From: Candidatus Latescibacterota bacterium
GTDB taxonomy: Bacteria; Latescibacterota; UBA2968; UBA8231
Assembly: GCA_965206595.1 (NCBI GenBank)
Contig: OZ242214.1
Span: 1,184,001 to 1,248,000 of the forward strand
DNA: 64,000 bases
Direction of reading: 5' to 3'
Position numbers and translations under genes: made by a program. The notes under the pieces are model-generated. The model worked only from the letters and a program-made list of their open reading frames with translations, was not told where the DNA came from and did no database searches. Shown piece by piece: positions 60,769 through 64,000 of this stretch; the first letter of the stretch is position 1; each line of letters opens with the position of its first letter.

Positions 60769-61514
60769 GCCCCTCGCTCGCAGAGGACGTAGGTGGAGAA
60801 CATCGTGGAGACGAGGGCGACGTCACCGGACTCGGTCACCCACCAGTAGGAGGGTGGGAGCCCCTCACCGGAGAGCACGTATCCAGTCAACACGTGCGAT
60901 TCGAACGTCCACGTTTCGAGGGGGTGGATTCGACAGCCGAGCTTGAGCGTTTCGAGGTCTTCGAGAACGGAGAGTCCGCCGACTCTTTCGGTCATTGCAG
61001 GGAGGATGTCGACAAGTGCCCAGATGGTCGTAACGGGGGAGTGGGGCGGCACCTCACCTGCGCCGAACGAGCGTCCTCGTTGGGTTGTGAGTGAAATCGT
61101 CGATTCCTCGAGCGATCCCCGCCAGTCGACTTCGTTGTAGATACCATCGGCGCTGTTGTGTGCCTGGATGCGCCAGGGGCTGCGGAGCGGTCGTAGTGGT
61201 TCGTCTCCGCAAGTGAAGTCGAGGATGAGGCGCTCGCCGCTCGGGGTGTTTTCGTGCGTGACGTGGTAGCGCCAGTCGGCTTCCGTTCGTGTTCGCTCGA
61301 TGACGAGCGAGCCGATGCCAAAATCCGGGCTGTGGCCCCGGTTGAATCCACACCAGAAATTGGGCAGGATGGTGTAGCGATGCGTCTTCGACGTCGCGTC
61401 CGGATCGACGGGTGTGGAGGAGAGGGCCTGGGCCAAAGGTTGAGCGAGCTCAGACCGGACGCCCCAGTGATCCGTCTGGTCGGTGTAATCAACGCTCCAG
61501 TGCAGGTCGTTCAT
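60765..61514 (-). CDS. Hypothetical protein (possibly a C-terminal remnant)
   Basis: 249-aa ORF whose stop overlaps the sulfatase start. Confidence 0.55.
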   Translation of the reverse strand: MNDLHWSVDYTDQTDHWGVRSELAQPLAQALSSTPVDPDATSKTHRYTILPNFWCGFNRGHSPDFGIGSLVIERTRTEADWRYHVTHENTPSGERLILDFTCGDEPLRPLRSPWRIQAHNSADGIYNEVDWRGSLEESTISLTTQRGRSFGAGEVPPHSPVTTIWALVDILPAMTERVGGLSVLEDLETLKLGCRIHPLETWTFESHVLTGYVLSGEGLPPSYWWVTESGDVALVSTMFSTYVLCERGA

Positions 61515-61638
61515 CAGGAAGGCAGGGCTCAGAGTTCAGAGTTCAGGAAGACCTGTACACCATCAGATTGATAAGGCGCGAGATTGGACCCAATGGTGCG
61601 CTCAGGACGGTGAAGAATACGTAGGCTGGTAGGACCGT

Positions 61639-61897
61639 TCACAAGGGTTCGAGCTCGCCCAGCATGGTGGGGACGAGCTCGGATACTGTCGGGTGGATGT
61701 GCATGGCCCGCTGGATGACCGTGTACGGCGCCTTCGCGTACATGACGTCGAGGAGCGCGTGAACGACTTCGTCTCCGTTGATACCCAGGATGGCCGCGCC
61801 CAGGATCTCCTCGGAGTCGGCGTCGACGAACACCTTCATGAAGCCGTCGGTTTCGCTTCGCTCCTTGGCGCGTCCCACATCGGCCATCATCCGTTTG
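61639..61897 (-). pseudogene. Pyridine nucleotide-disulfide oxidoreductase dimerisation-domain fragment
   Basis: GRAKERSETDGFMK...ILGAAILG...HIHPTVSE; no N-terminal domains. Confidence 0.85.
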
Positions 61898-61903
61898 AAG
61901 TAT

Positions 61904-62683
61904 AGACAAGCGGTAACATGTAAATCCCGATCGCGGGCAAATATCTGTTCTCCGTTTAGTTGAGGATAGGGGTGTAGGGACGATTGTTTTTAAGGACGCT
62001 GAAGACAACGTGGAGCATCTTGTTGGCGACGTGGGTGAGGGCGACGAGGTGATGCTTGCCGCGGTCGATTTGCCGTTGATAGACCTGGACAAACAGCGGA
62101 TCATGGCTTTTGAAGACGGCGATCTCCGAGGCCTGCATGACGGCGGTGCGCAGATAGCGACTGCCGCGCTTGGACATCCTGCCGCAGCCGACCTGATCGC
62201 CGCTGTCGATCTGCTTGACGTCGATACCGGCGGGGGACTGTCCCGTTTCGGTGAGCCGTTGACGCAGCAGTTCAACCCCTTCGCGAGAGTGCTGCACGGC
62301 GAGATTTCGGAAGACGGTCTGCCCGTCCTGACCCAACAACGTGGCGCGATGACTTCGTTTCGCCACATCGATACCGAGAGTCCACATTCGGCGAGCTCCT
62401 TGGCCAAGAGACCGAAGCTGCCCACGATCGGGGTAACATCAGCTGACACATCCTCGTAGCCAGATCAGGGAACCGATGTCCCGTCAAGCGGTAAGTGCAT
62501 GTGCTGGCGCGTATGGCGGTCTATACGAGAGGATCGAGCCTCGAGGAACGAATAGCCAACCCCAGCAGCTTCGCTGATCCAGGATACCTCACTGGCATCA
62601 AAAAGCAAGCACAGGAAGTACGCAGCTGGTCGCTGTCTCGCGGGGCCAGACCCAGCTGAAGTGGCCTGCACCTATTATACGAG
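61904..62683 (-). mobile_element. IS110-family element copy 2: internally deleted, both ends intact (non-autonomous)
   Basis: ORF 61956..62387 joins GIDVAK N-terminus to SG...MSKRGSRYLR C-terminus; CT cores at 61904-61905 and 62682-62683; TTTACA in the right end and TATAAT in the left end. Confidence 0.92.
62430..62668 (-). ncRNA. Putative IS110 bridge RNA, copy 2 (boundaries approximate)
   Basis: Contains UUACCGCUUG (equals the element right end), UACGAG (complementary to CT core + left end), UUCCU and GUAUAG (match target flanks), each pair split by a small hairpin. Confidence 0.8.
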
Positions 62684-62886
62684 GAATTATGAAGGGCCTT
62701 TTTTATTGCATGGTCAAGTAGTGGCGGCACCTCTTCCGCCCTTTTTTCCGCCTAGTAGAACAAGTTCAGGTAGACTGCACACAGAGACACGGTCCTCGAG
62801 GACCTGCAGACCTTGATGGCCGCTAATGCGACACATAGACGACTTAAACCCTTCACAGCAGACTATTGTCGCAGCACGTCCGGGAA
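62682..62886 (+). repeat. ~205-bp repeat, copy B (IS110-occupied allele)
   Basis: Near-identical to 46572-46776. Confidence 0.9.
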
Positions 62887-63242
62887 GCCCAGATATTACG
62901 CCACGGGCCACGGTATGGACTCAGGGTCGTGGTTACTGGCACCAAGAGTCTCTTCCAGACCTTCGCGGACGCCCCTCGATCACCGACTCCCTGACGGTGA
63001 TGTCCAGGTCTCTCAAGGGGATGAATTTGCCTCGAATGGGAATGGCCATGACCCTTCTTCGAGTGGCCAATGGGACGACCTGCACTGTCTCGTCGGCCGG
63101 CATGCCCCCGGTGATGGTCTACCGATCTGAGGCCGGCGAAGTGGACGAGATCGAACTGTCCGGTTATCCACTTGGCGTGGAAGGTCGCCCCCAGGACGAC
63201 GACATCACGCTGGTCGTGCTGAAGGTGACTCCCGACTTGTGA
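62826..63242 (+). pseudogene. Chimera: UvrD-like N-terminus + deleted SpoIIE/PP2C phosphatase C-terminus
   Basis: DDLNPSQQ...; VSSAGMPP...GYPLG|...QDDDITLVVLK. Confidence 0.65.
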
Positions 63243-63351
63243 CTGTTCGGTTGTGCTCCCATCTTTGTCATAGACCATCGCCGAGAGAGCTCTCTGTTTG
63301 ACCTAATTCGCTATTAAACAGGTAGTCCCGCAGTATCGAGAGAGATCAGAA

Positions 63352-63555
63352 ATGGCTCGACATGCTGACTACGACCCTTTCGCATGGGTCTACAACCAGC
63401 ACTGGGGGTTCTACGCCTCCCGCGTACTCCCCATTCAGCGCGGCGAGCCGCAGGCTGCTCTGGCAGTGTACCGCGAATTCGTCAAGACCGCTAAGCCCGA
63501 TGACGGACGTCTGAGCGACGTGCGCATGCGCATCGCGCAGCTGGAGTCGCGGTGA
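63352..63555 (+). pseudogene. Chimera: methyltransferase-like N-terminus + TPR-like C-terminus
   Basis: DYDPFAWVYNQHWG...|GEPQAALAVYREFV; stop overlaps the CRTAC1 start. Confidence 0.5.
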
Positions 63556-64000
63556 GCGGCAGTAGTGAACGCGCCCTGAGGTTGATGCTCCCGGCGCTGC
63601 TGGGCGCCGCATCGCTGCCGGCCGGCGAGGGCAATGCGCCTCCCCCGGCGCAACAGACGCCGACCTTCGTCGATGTAGCCGAGGAGAGCGGTGTGGACTT
63701 GCTGACGTTATCGGGCACGCCGTACAAGGCCTACATCGTCGAAAGCACGACGGGGGGCACGTCTGTTTTCGACTACGACAACGACGGCGACGTCGACATC
63801 TACATCGTCAATGGCTCACGGCTGGCCGGCTTCGCAGAGGCTGCCGCACCGCGCGCCACGCTCTATCGCAACGACGGCAACTGGCGTTTTTTCGATGTCG
63901 GGGCTACGGCCGGCGTCGATCACGCCGGCTGGGGCATGGGTTGTACGGCCGCCGATTACAACGCTGATGGCTGGCTCGATCTCTACCTGACCAACTACGG
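63552..64000 (+). CDS. CRTAC1/ASPIC-UnbV family FG-GAP repeat protein (partial)
   Basis: Manual translation: TFVDVAEESGV...IVES..GG...FDYDNDGDVDIYIVNG...LYRNDG...GWGMG...ADYNADGWLDLY. Confidence 0.9.
   Translation, partial: MSGSSERALRLMLPALLGAASLPAGEGNAPPPAQQTPTFVDVAEESGVDLLTLSGTPYKAYIVESTTGGTSVFDYDNDGDVDIYIVNGSRLAGFAEAAAPRATLYRNDGNWRFFDVGATAGVDHAGWGMGCTAADYNADGWLDLYLTNY

Noticed and set aside
38749-62683. IS110-bounded composite transposon causing the duplication
   Set aside because: The IS copies are more diverged than the duplicated genes, have different left flanks and lie on only one side of each block.

Overview
GC-rich bacterial DNA. PhyH dioxygenases, a sulfatase, TPR and CRTAC1 proteins, DUF6785-like membrane proteins and a 'WGRIK' C-terminal tail suggest an FCB-related lineage such as Latescibacterota or Gemmatimonadota; this is inference only. 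Layout: (1) 1-7.3 kb: a restriction-like defence operon (DUF499 ATPase, DUF3780-like protein, DUF1156 methylase) with a 3-gene cassette inserted; the cassette's MBL-hydrolase gene is fused in frame to a headless methylase. (2) 7.5-13.3 kb: ordinary metabolic and housekeeping genes (two PhyH, MlrC-like, dusB, TPR, adk). (3) 14.3-37.4 kb: the best candidate for an undescribed system, a co-oriented cell-envelope cluster with three paralogous ~950-aa putative beta-barrels carrying acidic Ca-binding-like inserts, three paralogous secreted proteins with TPNxDGxND/FlgD-Ig C-terminal domains, a SurA-like PPIase, a TPR lipoprotein and a membrane SAM-fold enzyme. (4) 37.5-64 kb: a decaying mosaic of duplications, deletion chimeras, an IS1380 and two IS110 elements. 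For the IS110s, bridge-RNA guide segments, the CT core, the circle-junction promoter and an empty target site can be read from the sequence. No tRNA, rRNA or CRISPR array was seen. All family names come from motif recognition, not database searches.
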